Positions 1-9,700 of a stretch of DNA of 64,000 nucleotides are shown here, in pieces; positions within the stretch are counted from its first letter, which is position 1; the number at the start of each line of letters is the position of its first letter. The stretch comes from Bacteroidota bacterium (GTDB lineage Bacteria; Bacteroidota; Ignavibacteria; UBA10030; SZUA-254): NCBI GenBank assembly GCA_035524335.1, contig DATKPE010000055.1:1759-65758 (forward strand), in the 5' to 3' direction. The notes below the pieces were generated by a model, which saw only the letters and a program-made list of their open reading frames with translations, ran no database searches and was not told where the DNA came from. Made by a program: the position numbers and the translations under genes.

Positions 1-193
1 CTTTCATACACTCGTGGTGCTGGCGGCAAAGGAAATTCCGCTCTCCGCCGTTCTGGATGAGCTTGCCGGCCGCGAACGGTGACGGCGGGGTCGTTCCCGG
101 GCGGTTGTCCCGCGCTGTGGATGGTGCGGGACTGTGAAATGTAGGTAAGTTTAATTATATTGGTCGGAATCCATTCAAATCCGATCAACCTGC

Positions 194-1120
194 ATGCAGA
201 TGTACGATCTTGCGCTCGCCTGGAACTGGGAATTCGACCGGGAGTTCATCTTCAGCATTGAGCGCGAGTGCGCACGCAGGGGAGTGTCGACATACCGCAT
301 CGACACAGGCCATCTTGCCGAAACGCTCGCGCGTCTTGCCGCGGGCGGTCTGAAATTCCTCTCTTTTTTTGACCGCGCATCCGACGCCGATCCGGCATTC
401 CTGCCCCTCTCGCAGTGGATGGAGGAGCATGTCGTATACTACATCAATCCCCGCCACAGGGTCGTTCACGCCGTCGACAAGGCGACGATGCACCTCGAGT
501 TTCTCTCGAACGGCCTTCACGTTCCCGACACGATCATTCTCCCTCCGTTCCACGAACAGCCCGAACACCGGATCGATGAAAAACGCCTGCACCGGCTCGG
601 CGTTCCATTCGTCATTAAACCGGCCAACACGACCGGCGGAGGGACGGGCGTCAAACTCTCGGCGCACACGGTCTCCGATATTGCGGAGGCGCGGCGGGAA
701 CACAAAAACGACAAATATCTTATTCAGGAACTGATCACCCCCGCGGACCTGAAAGGCAACCGGGCCTGGTTCCGGGTCTATTATGCGTTCGGCGAAATCA
801 TCCCGTGCTGGTGGAACGATCAGACGCACCGGTACAGCATTCTCACTGAAGCACAGGAAAAGAAGTACGGTCTGAAGATGCTCCGGAACGCGGTCACGAC
901 CGTACAGTCGATCGCGCTCCTTGATTTTTTTTCCTCCGAGATCGCGCTGACGGAAGACAAGGAATTTGTTCTGGTCGATTATGTCAACGAAGTCTGTGAT
1001 ATGAGGCTCCAGTCCCGGTATCATGACGGAGCGCCGGACGCGATCGTCCACAGAATTGAACGCCTTATCGCGATGCGCGTTGCCAGACGGCTCTCCCGTG
1101 TTTCGCGGAAAACAGAATAA
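194..1120 (+). CDS. ATP-grasp domain protein (RimK/glutathione-synthetase-like fold), first gene of glycogen operon
   Basis: 308-aa ORF with the ATP-grasp nucleotide-binding region 'FVIKPANTTGGGTGVKLS'. It sits 43 nt upstream of the co-directional GH13 gene. Family assignment is by motif recall only. Confidence 0.5.
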   Translation: MQMYDLALAWNWEFDREFIFSIERECARRGVSTYRIDTGHLAETLARLAAGGLKFLSFFDRASDADPAFLPLSQWMEEHVVYYINPRHRVVHAVDKATMHLEFLSNGLHVPDTIILPPFHEQPEHRIDEKRLHRLGVPFVIKPANTTGGGTGVKLSAHTVSDIAEARREHKNDKYLIQELITPADLKGNRAWFRVYYAFGEIIPCWWNDQTHRYSILTEAQEKKYGLKMLRNAVTTVQSIALLDFFSSEIALTEDKEFVLVDYVNEVCDMRLQSRYHDGAPDAIVHRIERLIAMRVARRLSRVSRKTE

Positions 1121-1162
1121 TCCGGGTGCCGGAGGTCGGCGGGCGCCCATACACCGAATACA

Positions 1163-4100
1163 ATGACACAACTCCTCTATCTCAACGAATATGATGCGGA
1201 CGCCGGAACGGGCCGCCGGCCGGGCCCGCTCCAATTCGAATTTCACATCCTGCGGGCCGCGCGCGATCTCTATGAACTGCAGGATGCAATATTTGCGCTT
1301 GACGGCAACATGCTGTTTGTCGACGTCAGGGCGGTGCGCCTCCTTGCGCACCGGATGAACGCCCGCCGGGATCTCCGGAAAACCCCGCATCTCGGCGTTC
1401 TTCCTTCGTCCCTGTACGCGATCGGCCTGATCGACGAGATATTCCATTATATCGTCCGGCTGTACGAGCAGAGCGTCAATCCCGGCGTTTTCGGAAGAGC
1501 GTATCAGACACTCGGACAGTCGCTCGGCATCGGGGCCCGCTCCCGGCTTTTGGAAAAGTTTACCGGGATCTATCCTCCAACGGATGTCTACCGCGGCAGA
1601 ATATCCGCGGACGATTACCCGGGCGGCGGGACGCTCGGGCGGCCGAATATCGAAATCCTGCTGGAGGAGATCATTCATGTTTCCCTCGCCAACTTCAATC
1701 CGGCCTTCGGTATCGTCCGGGAATTGTTCGATGATGCCGGTCTGCGGAACGAGACGCCGTACGACGAGAGCGTGAAGGATCTTGAAAAATTCTTCGCCCG
1801 TGAAAAACCGTTCGGGCCCCGGCATCAGGATCTGCTGACTCTGCTCCGTGCGCCGATTCTGGCCAGCCCCAACAGCCTGGAGGGACAGCTTGCCTACATC
1901 CGGAAGCACTGGGGACGGTTTCTCTCCGACGCGCTCCTGATGCGGATGAAACAGGCGGGCGATCTGATGAGGGAGGAGTTCCGGGCCGTCGGTCATGGCG
2001 GCGGTGCGGGACCGGGCCGGGCGCCGAAGTATTCCGGCGACGAAGCCGCCGAGTACATGCTCGACGATGCGGAGCGGTTTACCCCCGACATCGACTGGAT
2101 GCCGAACGTCGTTCTCCTCGCCAAGAACAGCTATGTCTGGCTCGACCAGCTTTCCAGAACCTACGGCCGTCCCATTACGACGCTCGATCAGATTCCGGAC
2201 GAGGAACTCGACCGCATCGCGCGGTGGCGGTTCACCGGTCTCTGGCTGATCGGCGTCTGGGAGCGGAGCCGCGCATCACAGCGGATCAAACAGATGACCG
2301 GGAATCCCGAGGCGGTTGCGTCAGCATACTCCCTGTTCGATTATGAAATCGCCGGCGACCTCGGCGGCGATCAGGCGTACCGCAACCTTCGCCATAGGGC
2401 GTGGGAACGCGGCATCCGGCTCGCCGGGGACATGGTCCCGAATCACGTCGGTCTCTATTCCCGATGGGTTCTGGAACATCCCGAATATTTCATCCAGACT
2501 CCCTATCCTCCCTTTCCGAATTACCGGTTCACCGGAACGGATCTTTCCGACACGCCGGGAATCGAGCTCCGGATCGAGGACGGGTACTGGAGCAGGACCG
2601 ACGCCGCAGTCGTTTTCCAGCGTATCGACCGGCGCACCGGGCAGGTCGCCTATATCTACCATGGCAACGACGGCACGAACATGCCGTGGAACGATACGGC
2701 ACAGCTGAATTTTCTCGCGCGGGAGGTCCGGGAAGCGGTCATCGGATCCATTTTTCACGTCGCGCGAAAGTTCTCGATCATCCGCTTCGATGCGGCGATG
2801 GTCCTGGCCAAAAAACATTTTCAGCGGCTCTGGTACCCCGAGCCGGGAACCGGCGGGGCAATTCCGTCCCGCGCCGAGCATGCGATCGGACGGCCGGAGT
2901 TCGAACAGCTGTTCCCCGTCGAATTCTGGCGCGAGGTGGTCGACCGGATCAACAGCGAACTGCCGGACACCCTCCTTCTCGCCGAAGCCTTCTGGCTCCT
3001 GGAGGGATATTTCGTCCGTACGCTCGGCATGCATCGCGTGTATAACAGCGCCTTCATGCACATGCTGATGAAGGAGGAAAACGCAAAGTACCGTGAGCTC
3101 ATCCGCAACACCCTTCAGTATAATCCGGAGATCCTGAAGCGGTATGTCAACTTCATGAGCAACCCCGACGAAAAAACAGCCGTGGAGCAGTTTGGCACGG
3201 GCGACAAGTATTTCGGGATCGCGACGCTCATGGTCACACTGCCCGGGCTTCCAATGTTCGCACACGGCCAGATCGACGGATTCCGGGAAAAGTACGGTAT
3301 GGAATACCGCCGCGCCTACTACGAGGAGCAGACCGACTGGGATCTGGTTCGCCGTCATGAACGCGAGATCTTTCCGCTGGTTCACAAACGGCATCTCTTC
3401 AGTCAGGTGGTCAACTTCGAACTCTATGATGCCGGAAGCGCCCACGGCGGGTGCGACGAGAACGTCTTCGCCTACTCGAACCGTTCGGGTGGCGAACGGG
3501 CCTTCGTCTGCTACAACAACCGGTATGGTGATACGGATGTCTGGATCGGACAGTCGGTCGGAAAGGTGCGGCGGGAAGGGGATGCGGACCCGGTGTTCGG
3601 CACTCTCGCGGGTGCATTCGGATTCAGAGCTGATGAACGCTTCTATTATATCTTCCGGGATTTTTCGAGCGGCCTTGAATATCTCCGGACAGGGAGGGAA
3701 CTCTGCGACCGCGGATTCTTCATCCATCTCCATGCGTATGAATGCAGGGTGTTTCTGGACATCCAGGAAGTGGATGATCACGCCGGGCTTTTCGGCCCTC
3801 TCGCACACCGGATCGGTCATCAGCCCGTGCCGTCGGTATGGAATGCCGCGCGTGAACTGCGCCTTTCCCCGCTTCACGATGCGTTCGGGGCGCTTCTCGG
3901 GGCGATGGAACAGCGGATGTCGGCACCGGCCGGAGACGACCGGACAGAGAACGCGCTCGCGGAACAGGTGCGCCGGTTTGCCGCAACCGCCGCGGAGATC
4001 GGCGGAGCAGTCCTGGATCCCGTACAATGGACGAAGGACATCAACAGGGCGCTCGGCGCCGCGGTCGACTTCTTCCCGGCCTCCGGGATTCGGAAACGGG

Positions 4101-4672
4101 GAAGTGCGGGGAAGAAAGGACTTTTCGACATCCCTGACGAACCGGGGGAACGGTTCATCTTCCGCCTGCGCCTGCTCCTCGAGAAAATACTCCTCTCCGG
4201 CGGGAGCGAGGCATGGGAAGGAATGCAGCTCGACACCGCCGTCATCCGGGCATGCGAACGCGCGATGCTCCCCGAACGGGATGCCGGAGAGGATCTTCTT
4301 CTCGTGAAGAATCTGACGCGGAACCTCCGGCACTCATCAGCAGGGACGGCCGGGGGATACGAATCCGCCCTTCTGAGTTTTCTCGGGGAACCGGACTGCG
4401 GAAGATTCATTCAGCTTCATGATTTCGAAGGAACAGCATGGTACCGGAAGGAATCGTTTGAGCGGCTCGTCCGGTGGTTCACGGCGGTGAGGTATATTGA
4501 TGCCGTCCGGGATATACCGGCATCCCGGCGCGGGGCTTTCCGAAGGCGGGAAGGACTGGCGATGCGGAAAGTCCTCGCGGCTTCGGATACCTCGGGCTAC
4601 CGCTTTGCCCAACTTAAATCATCCTTGACGAAACCAACAAGACCGGCGCGCCGCGTACCGAGGCCGCGCTGA
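1163..4672 (+). CDS. GH13 alpha-amylase-family glycoside hydrolase, large multidomain (1169 aa)
   Basis: Conserved GH13 regions are present: region I 'DMVPNHVG', region II 'IIRFDAAMVLAKKHF', region III 'LAEAFW' with the catalytic Glu, region IV 'FMSNPDE', and a 'SAYSLFDY' beta3 segment. Roughly 350-aa N-terminal and 450-aa C-terminal extensions have no recognisable family. Subfamily not assignable by eye. Confidence 0.7.
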   Translation: MTQLLYLNEYDADAGTGRRPGPLQFEFHILRAARDLYELQDAIFALDGNMLFVDVRAVRLLAHRMNARRDLRKTPHLGVLPSSLYAIGLIDEIFHYIVRLYEQSVNPGVFGRAYQTLGQSLGIGARSRLLEKFTGIYPPTDVYRGRISADDYPGGGTLGRPNIEILLEEIIHVSLANFNPAFGIVRELFDDAGLRNETPYDESVKDLEKFFAREKPFGPRHQDLLTLLRAPILASPNSLEGQLAYIRKHWGRFLSDALLMRMKQAGDLMREEFRAVGHGGGAGPGRAPKYSGDEAAEYMLDDAERFTPDIDWMPNVVLLAKNSYVWLDQLSRTYGRPITTLDQIPDEELDRIARWRFTGLWLIGVWERSRASQRIKQMTGNPEAVASAYSLFDYEIAGDLGGDQAYRNLRHRAWERGIRLAGDMVPNHVGLYSRWVLEHPEYFIQTPYPPFPNYRFTGTDLSDTPGIELRIEDGYWSRTDAAVVFQRIDRRTGQVAYIYHGNDGTNMPWNDTAQLNFLAREVREAVIGSIFHVARKFSIIRFDAAMVLAKKHFQRLWYPEPGTGGAIPSRAEHAIGRPEFEQLFPVEFWREVVDRINSELPDTLLLAEAFWLLEGYFVRTLGMHRVYNSAFMHMLMKEENAKYRELIRNTLQYNPEILKRYVNFMSNPDEKTAVEQFGTGDKYFGIATLMVTLPGLPMFAHGQIDGFREKYGMEYRRAYYEEQTDWDLVRRHEREIFPLVHKRHLFSQVVNFELYDAGSAHGGCDENVFAYSNRSGGERAFVCYNNRYGDTDVWIGQSVGKVRREGDADPVFGTLAGAFGFRADERFYYIFRDFSSGLEYLRTGRELCDRGFFIHLHAYECRVFLDIQEVDDHAGLFGPLAHRIGHQPVPSVWNAARELRLSPLHDAFGALLGAMEQRMSAPAGDDRTENALAEQVRRFAATAAEIGGAVLDPVQWTKDINRALGAAVDFFPASGIRKRGSAGKKGLFDIPDEPGERFIFRLRLLLEKILLSGGSEAWEGMQLDTAVIRACERAMLPERDAGEDLLLVKNLTRNLRHSSAGTAGGYESALLSFLGEPDCGRFIQLHDFEGTAWYRKESFERLVRWFTAVRYIDAVRDIPASRRGAFRRREGLAMRKVLAASDTSGYRFAQLKSSLTKPTRPARRVPRPR

Positions 4673-4687
4673 GAAAGCGGGGAATCT

Positions 4688-5977
4688 ATGGAGGATGTTC
4701 TTGCGATAATACTCGGTGGAGGCCGGGGGGATCGGCTGTATCCGCTCACGGTGCACCGCGCCAAGCCGGCCCTGCCTCTGGCCGGAAAATACAGGCTGAT
4801 CGACATTCCCGTCAGCAACTGCATCAATTCCAACATCCAGAAAATATTCGTCCTCACCCAGTTCAATTCGGCGTCCCTCAACCAGCATATCACGAATACC
4901 TACCGGTTCTCCCCGTTCATGCGCGGTTTCGTGGAGGTGCTGGCCGCCCAGCAGACCCCGGCGAGTCCGGACTGGTTTCAGGGAACGGCGGATGCCGTTC
5001 GAAAAACGCTCTGGCTGATGGAGCGGTGGCCCGTCCGCGATTATCTCATTCTCTCGGGCGATCATCTCTACCGCATGGATTACCGGCACTTTCTTCAGCA
5101 TCACAAGGAAACCAACGCCGACGTTTCGATTTCGGTGATTCCGATCCATCATTCGGCGGCCTCGAATTTCGGCCTCATGAAGACCGACGATACGGGACGG
5201 GTCATGGACTTCCGGGAGAAGCCGAGCGGGGATGCGCTCGGCGAGATGAGGGTCGATACGGCCCGATACGGCGTCTACGCGACGATTGCCGCAGACGCTC
5301 CGTTCCTCGCCTCGATGGGTATTTATGTCTTCCGGCGCGAGGTGCTGATCGACCTCCTGAAACGGTATCCCGAACAGAATGATTTCGGCAAGCACATCAT
5401 TCCCTCGGCCATCCGGACCCATCATGTTCAGTCGTATCTCTTTCAGGGATACTGGGAGGATATCGGGACGATAGATTCGTTCTACCGCGCAAACCTGGCT
5501 CTCGTCAAACAGCCGAAACCCAACTTTTCATTTTTTGACAGCGAGTTCCCGATCTACACCAGGGCCCGGTTCCTTCCGCCGAGCAAGGTCCTCGACACCG
5601 ATATGCGGGAGGTGATGATCAGCGACGGCTGTGTGATCAAACACGCCCGGATCGTTCACTCGATCGTCGGCATCAGAATGCGTCTGGAGAACAACGCCGA
5701 CATCGAGAACACGCTTCTCATGGGTGCGGATTATTACCAGTCGGATCAGCAGAGGGCGGACGACATAGCGCGGGGCATCCCCCCTGTCGGGATCGGGGAA
5801 GGGACTATTATCCGGAATGCGATCATCGATAAGAATGCGAGGATCGGCAAAAACGTGAAGATCCTGAACGAGGCGAAGGTGCAGAACGCGGATCATGAGA
5901 AAGACGGGTACTGGATCAGAAACGGTATCGTGGTCGTTATCAAGGATAAAATCATCCCGGACGGTACGGTCATCTGA
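4688..5977 (+). CDS. glgC: glucose-1-phosphate adenylyltransferase
   Basis: N-terminal '[43 protein letters not shown]' is the GlgC nucleotidyltransferase signature. The C-terminal left-handed beta-helix region is present. 429 aa. Confidence 0.85.
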   Translation: MEDVLAIILGGGRGDRLYPLTVHRAKPALPLAGKYRLIDIPVSNCINSNIQKIFVLTQFNSASLNQHITNTYRFSPFMRGFVEVLAAQQTPASPDWFQGTADAVRKTLWLMERWPVRDYLILSGDHLYRMDYRHFLQHHKETNADVSISVIPIHHSAASNFGLMKTDDTGRVMDFREKPSGDALGEMRVDTARYGVYATIAADAPFLASMGIYVFRREVLIDLLKRYPEQNDFGKHIIPSAIRTHHVQSYLFQGYWEDIGTIDSFYRANLALVKQPKPNFSFFDSEFPIYTRARFLPPSKVLDTDMREVMISDGCVIKHARIVHSIVGIRMRLENNADIENTLLMGADYYQSDQQRADDIARGIPPVGIGEGTIIRNAIIDKNARIGKNVKILNEAKVQNADHEKDGYWIRNGIVVVIKDKIIPDGTVI

Positions 5978-6018
5978 ACCGGACGGATCGTTCTCTTTCA
6001 CGAAGTAACGGACAATAC

Positions 6019-7578
6019 ATGGAAGCGACGGGACAACGGCAGGTTATCATGCTTGGTGCGGAAAATGACGCCCTGATCGCCGGGAAAGTCGGCGGTGTTG
6101 CGGATGTCATACGCGATCTGCCGGTGGCGCTCGCGCGCCTCGGCTGGCAGACGACGGTCATCACGCCCTCCTATGGTTTCCTGCATGTAAAAAATCCCTC
6201 ACAGGAGCGCGCTCCCGTCCGCTTCCCGTTCAGGGGAAGGGAACTGGAAGCCGCCGTCTACGAAGTCACCCCGCGTTCTCCCGTGAAGGGAGTGACGCAT
6301 CTCGTCATCGAGCACCCCGACATGCGCGGGGAACCGATCTACTACAACGATCCGCCCGAACAGACCTTTGCCCGCGATGCGACCAAATTCGCGATGTTCT
6401 GTTCCGCGGCCGGGATGTACCTCAGGGACATCGACGGTTCGGCCGTCGTTCATCTGCACGACTGGCACACCGGCACGCTCCTGTTTCTCCAGCAGCTGCA
6501 CCCCGCATTCCGCCATCTCACCCGCTTCCGCACGGTCTTCACGATCCACAATCTTGTCATTCAGGGCACCAGACCGATCCGCGGACCGGTCGCTTCCGTC
6601 CAGCAGTGGTTTCCGGAACTTTTCGATGATCAGAGCTGGATACCGCGGTGGCGCGATCCGCGGTTCAAGGAAATCGTCTACACGCCGATGCTGGCGGGCA
6701 TCATGTATTCACGGAAGCTGAATACCGTCTCCCCGTCGTATGCAAATGAAATCCTCAAGCCGAGCCAGCACGCCAACGGATTCTACGGTGGCGAAGGACT
6801 CGAGCATTTCCTCCGGGAGGCTCACCGCAAGCACAGATTTTTCGGGATTCTCAACGGGACCGAGTATCCCGAGGGATATGCACCCAGGCATCTGGAGTGG
6901 GGCGAGTTCTGCGCGGAACTCGGGAGGGAGCTGAAGAGCGCCGATAAATGCGAGCCGCTGAAGGAAGAACTGCTCCGGCGGGTCGGGCACATGAGTTCCT
7001 CGCCACCCAAAATGATGCTCACAAGCGTCACCCGGATCGTGGAACAGAAAATGAGGATTCTGTTCGAGCGCGGGATCAACGGTCTTCCCGCGTGGCAGGA
7101 ACTTCAGCAGCTGCTCGACCGGTACGACGGGGTCTACTGCATCGTCGGGAACGGAACGGCGGACTATGAACGTGAGCTGAGGGAGATCAGCCGGGAGTCG
7201 GAGAGAATACTGTTCTTCAATTTTTTCTCCGCACGAGTGTCGGAGCTTCTCTTCGCGAACGGCACTATCTTCATGATGCCGAGCATCTTCGAACCGTGCG
7301 GCATCGGCCAGATGAATGCGATGCGGGACGGCCAGCCCTGCATCGTCCATGCGACGGGCGGTCTTCGCGACACCATCATCGACGGCGTGAACGGGTTTCA
7401 GTTTGCGGGGACGACCTACCCCGAAAAAGTCGGCCATATGCTCGCCGTCACCGAAAAGGCGATCCGGGTCGTTCTCTCGGGCGCCGAACGCTGGGAAAGC
7501 ATACGCCACAATGCTGCGGCCGCCCGTTTCACCTGGGATAAAAGCGCCCGGCAGTATGCGGATCTTCTCTATGTCTGA
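6019..7578 (+). CDS. glgA: glycogen (starch) synthase, ADP-glucose type
   Basis: 'IMLGAENDALIAGKVGGVADVIRDLPVALARLGW' matches the GlgA N-terminal 'ILFVASEVAPFAKTGGLADVV' block. GT-B fold length (519 aa). Immediately downstream of glgC. Confidence 0.8.
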   Translation: MEATGQRQVIMLGAENDALIAGKVGGVADVIRDLPVALARLGWQTTVITPSYGFLHVKNPSQERAPVRFPFRGRELEAAVYEVTPRSPVKGVTHLVIEHPDMRGEPIYYNDPPEQTFARDATKFAMFCSAAGMYLRDIDGSAVVHLHDWHTGTLLFLQQLHPAFRHLTRFRTVFTIHNLVIQGTRPIRGPVASVQQWFPELFDDQSWIPRWRDPRFKEIVYTPMLAGIMYSRKLNTVSPSYANEILKPSQHANGFYGGEGLEHFLREAHRKHRFFGILNGTEYPEGYAPRHLEWGEFCAELGRELKSADKCEPLKEELLRRVGHMSSSPPKMMLTSVTRIVEQKMRILFERGINGLPAWQELQQLLDRYDGVYCIVGNGTADYERELREISRESERILFFNFFSARVSELLFANGTIFMMPSIFEPCGIGQMNAMRDGQPCIVHATGGLRDTIIDGVNGFQFAGTTYPEKVGHMLAVTEKAIRVVLSGAERWESIRHNAAAARFTWDKSARQYADLLYV

Positions 7579-7613
7579 TGTGACCTTTTCGGGGAAATTC
7601 CGTATACGGTAAT

Positions 7614-8753
7614 ATGAACAGTTCCGACAGATCACCCACCTCACACCATCCGAACGGGAGCGGGGAGACCGGCCCGAAACTCCGCGACGTCCTCCGCACC
7701 GATATCCGCCGCGGCGATTTCTTCAGCACCGTCCGTCGCGATTTTGAGGATCTGCGCGAATACTTTCTCGATGACGATCAGAAGAACCGCATGGAATCGA
7801 TGCGCCCCCTGAAAAGGGGCCTCTTCACCGTGCGCTGGCTTCTGAAGATGATGATCCTGAAACTGAACCCCGCCCGCCGCCTCATCCTCCTGATTGCCCT
7901 CGTCGCCCTGATCCTGAACTTTTCGGTGGTCGGAGGTGATACGAGCAATATCACGTTCGATTTCAATTTTGGCCTTCTGGGCGGGATCCTCATCCTTTTT
8001 ATTCTCATGCTGGAACTGAAAGATAAGCTCCTGGCCCGGAGCGAACTGGAAGCCGGCCGGGCCGTTCAGGCGGAACTCATGCCCCCTTCCAATCCCGAGG
8101 TCCCGGGCTGGTCGCTCTGGCTCTCCACCCGCACCGCCAACGAGGTGGGAGGCGATCTCGTCGATTTCCAGCAGTTGGCCGATCAGCGGTGCCGCATCGC
8201 CATCGCCGATGTCGCGGGGAAGGGACTCAACGCCGCGCTGATGAGCGCAAAACTCCAGTCGACCCTCCGCGCCGTCGCCGCCGATCCTGTTCCCCTGGCC
8301 GCGATCGTGGAAAAAACCAACACGATCTATTACCGCGACGGGATCCGGAGCATGTTCGCGTCGCTCATCTATCTTGAATTCCGTCCCGACGCCGGCACCG
8401 TCCGGTACATCAATGCCGGTCACCTCCCGCCCGTGCTCCTTTCGGATCAGCAGGCTGTTTCCCGATCAAAAGGGAATGCCGCGATCGGCCTCCTACCCGA
8501 GCCCGGTTATCGCGAAGATGCGGCCGAGCTCGCCCCCGGGGACATCCTGGTACTCTTTTCCGACGGACTCACGGAGGCAAAAAACCCGTTCGGTGAATTC
8601 TTCGGTGAGCAGCGCCTGCTCGGGGCACTGCCCGGACTCCGGAATCGTTCCGCCGGCGAGATCGGTGCGCACCTCCTCAGGATGGTCGACCAGTTCATCG
8701 GCGACGGCCGGCCGGGAGACGACCTCTCCCTGGTGGTAATGAAACGGATCTGA
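7614..8753 (+). CDS. PP2C-family (SpoIIE-like) serine/threonine phosphatase with N-terminal transmembrane segments
   Basis: C-terminal half 'RIAIADVAGKGLNAALMSAKLQSTLRAV...YINAGHLPPVLL...VLFSDGLTEA' matches the SpoIIE/PP2C domain. Hydrophobic helices at about aa 85-135. Lies 36 nt after the glgA stop. Confidence 0.7.
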   Translation: MNSSDRSPTSHHPNGSGETGPKLRDVLRTDIRRGDFFSTVRRDFEDLREYFLDDDQKNRMESMRPLKRGLFTVRWLLKMMILKLNPARRLILLIALVALILNFSVVGGDTSNITFDFNFGLLGGILILFILMLELKDKLLARSELEAGRAVQAELMPPSNPEVPGWSLWLSTRTANEVGGDLVDFQQLADQRCRIAIADVAGKGLNAALMSAKLQSTLRAVAADPVPLAAIVEKTNTIYYRDGIRSMFASLIYLEFRPDAGTVRYINAGHLPPVLLSDQQAVSRSKGNAAIGLLPEPGYREDAAELAPGDILVLFSDGLTEAKNPFGEFFGEQRLLGALPGLRNRSAGEIGAHLLRMVDQFIGDGRPGDDLSLVVMKRI

Positions 8754-8830
8754 GGGGATCAGCCTCCGCAGTCTCCCGCAACTAATTGGTTCACCGGCCG
8801 TACCATCAGCACGCACAGGAAAGCGATATT

Positions 8831-9700
8831 ATGCTTGAAATCAGCAATGTGACAAAGCGTTATCCGTCGGGGGTTGTGGCGGTCAGGGATTTTTCCCTCC
8901 GGATCGACCGGGGAATCGTCGGCCTTCTGGGACCGAACGGTGCCGGGAAAACAACCCTCATGCAGATGATCGCGACGATCACCCGGCCCACCTCCGGCAC
9001 GATCCTGTTCCACGGGGAAAATATTTCGTCCCATCCCGACCGTTTGAGGAACCGTCTCGGGTACCTCCCGCAGGATTTCGGCGTGTACGGGAATCTGACC
9101 GCGTTCGAGTTCCTCTCTTACATCGCCGCCCTGAAGGGCGTGCACGACAAGAAGAAAATCCTGTCGCTTCTCGAGATTGTCAACCTGCATTCCGATGCGC
9201 ACCGGCCGGCGGGCGCGTTCTCCGGCGGGATGCGCCAGCGGCTCGGGATCGCCCAGGCGCTCGTCAACGATCCGGAGCTCATCATCGTCGACGAGCCGAC
9301 CGCAGGCCTCGATCCGGAGGAACGGGTGCGGTTCCGGAACATCCTCTCGGATATCGGAGCGGGGACCCTCGTGATCCTGTCGACGCACATTGTCTCCGAC
9401 GTCGAGGCTGTGGCGGGAAACATTGCCGTCATGAACCGGGGCGCCCTGATCTGCTGTTCCACGCCCGAAGAACTGCTCCGATCCGCTTCGGGGAAAACAT
9501 GGGAGGCCCTCGTCTCCACCCGGCAGTTCGAAGAGATCCGGGGACAATTCCGGCTCTCGCGGATTCTCCGGAAGCCGGAAGGGGTTCACCTCCGGATCGT
9601 GCATCCCGCGGCGCCGTTTCCCGGGGCGGCTTCCGTCCGGCCCGAACTCGAAGAGGCGTTCATCCATGCAGTCAATTCAACGGTTTCCGGGGATGCCTGA
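8831..9700 (+). CDS. ABC transporter ATP-binding protein
   Basis: Walker A 'GPNGAGKTT', ABC signature 'FSGGMRQRLGIAQAL', Walker B 'IIVDEPTAGLD'. Start chosen at ATG 8831 (after 'aggaaagcgatatt'). The six-frame track starts the ORF at 8786. Confidence 0.85.
   Translation: MLEISNVTKRYPSGVVAVRDFSLRIDRGIVGLLGPNGAGKTTLMQMIATITRPTSGTILFHGENISSHPDRLRNRLGYLPQDFGVYGNLTAFEFLSYIAALKGVHDKKKILSLLEIVNLHSDAHRPAGAFSGGMRQRLGIAQALVNDPELIIVDEPTAGLDPEERVRFRNILSDIGAGTLVILSTHIVSDVEAVAGNIAVMNRGALICCSTPEELLRSASGKTWEALVSTRQFEEIRGQFRLSRILRKPEGVHLRIVHPAAPFPGAASVRPELEEAFIHAVNSTVSGDA

Noticed and set aside
185-1996. 603-aa ORF on the minus strand overlapping the ATP-grasp and GH13 genes
   Set aside because: It is antisense to two well-supported + strand genes with recognisable motifs. 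Long stop-free antisense frames are expected at this GC content. The translation is low-complexity and Arg/Pro/Gly-rich.
2321-4333. 670-aa minus-strand ORF plus several 90-370-aa + strand alternative-frame ORFs inside the GH13 gene
   Set aside because: Same GC-driven artefact. Only the 1163-4672 frame carries GH13 conserved regions.
6709-7644. 311-aa minus-strand ORF overlapping glgA
   Set aside because: Antisense to a gene with clear GlgA homology. No motifs.
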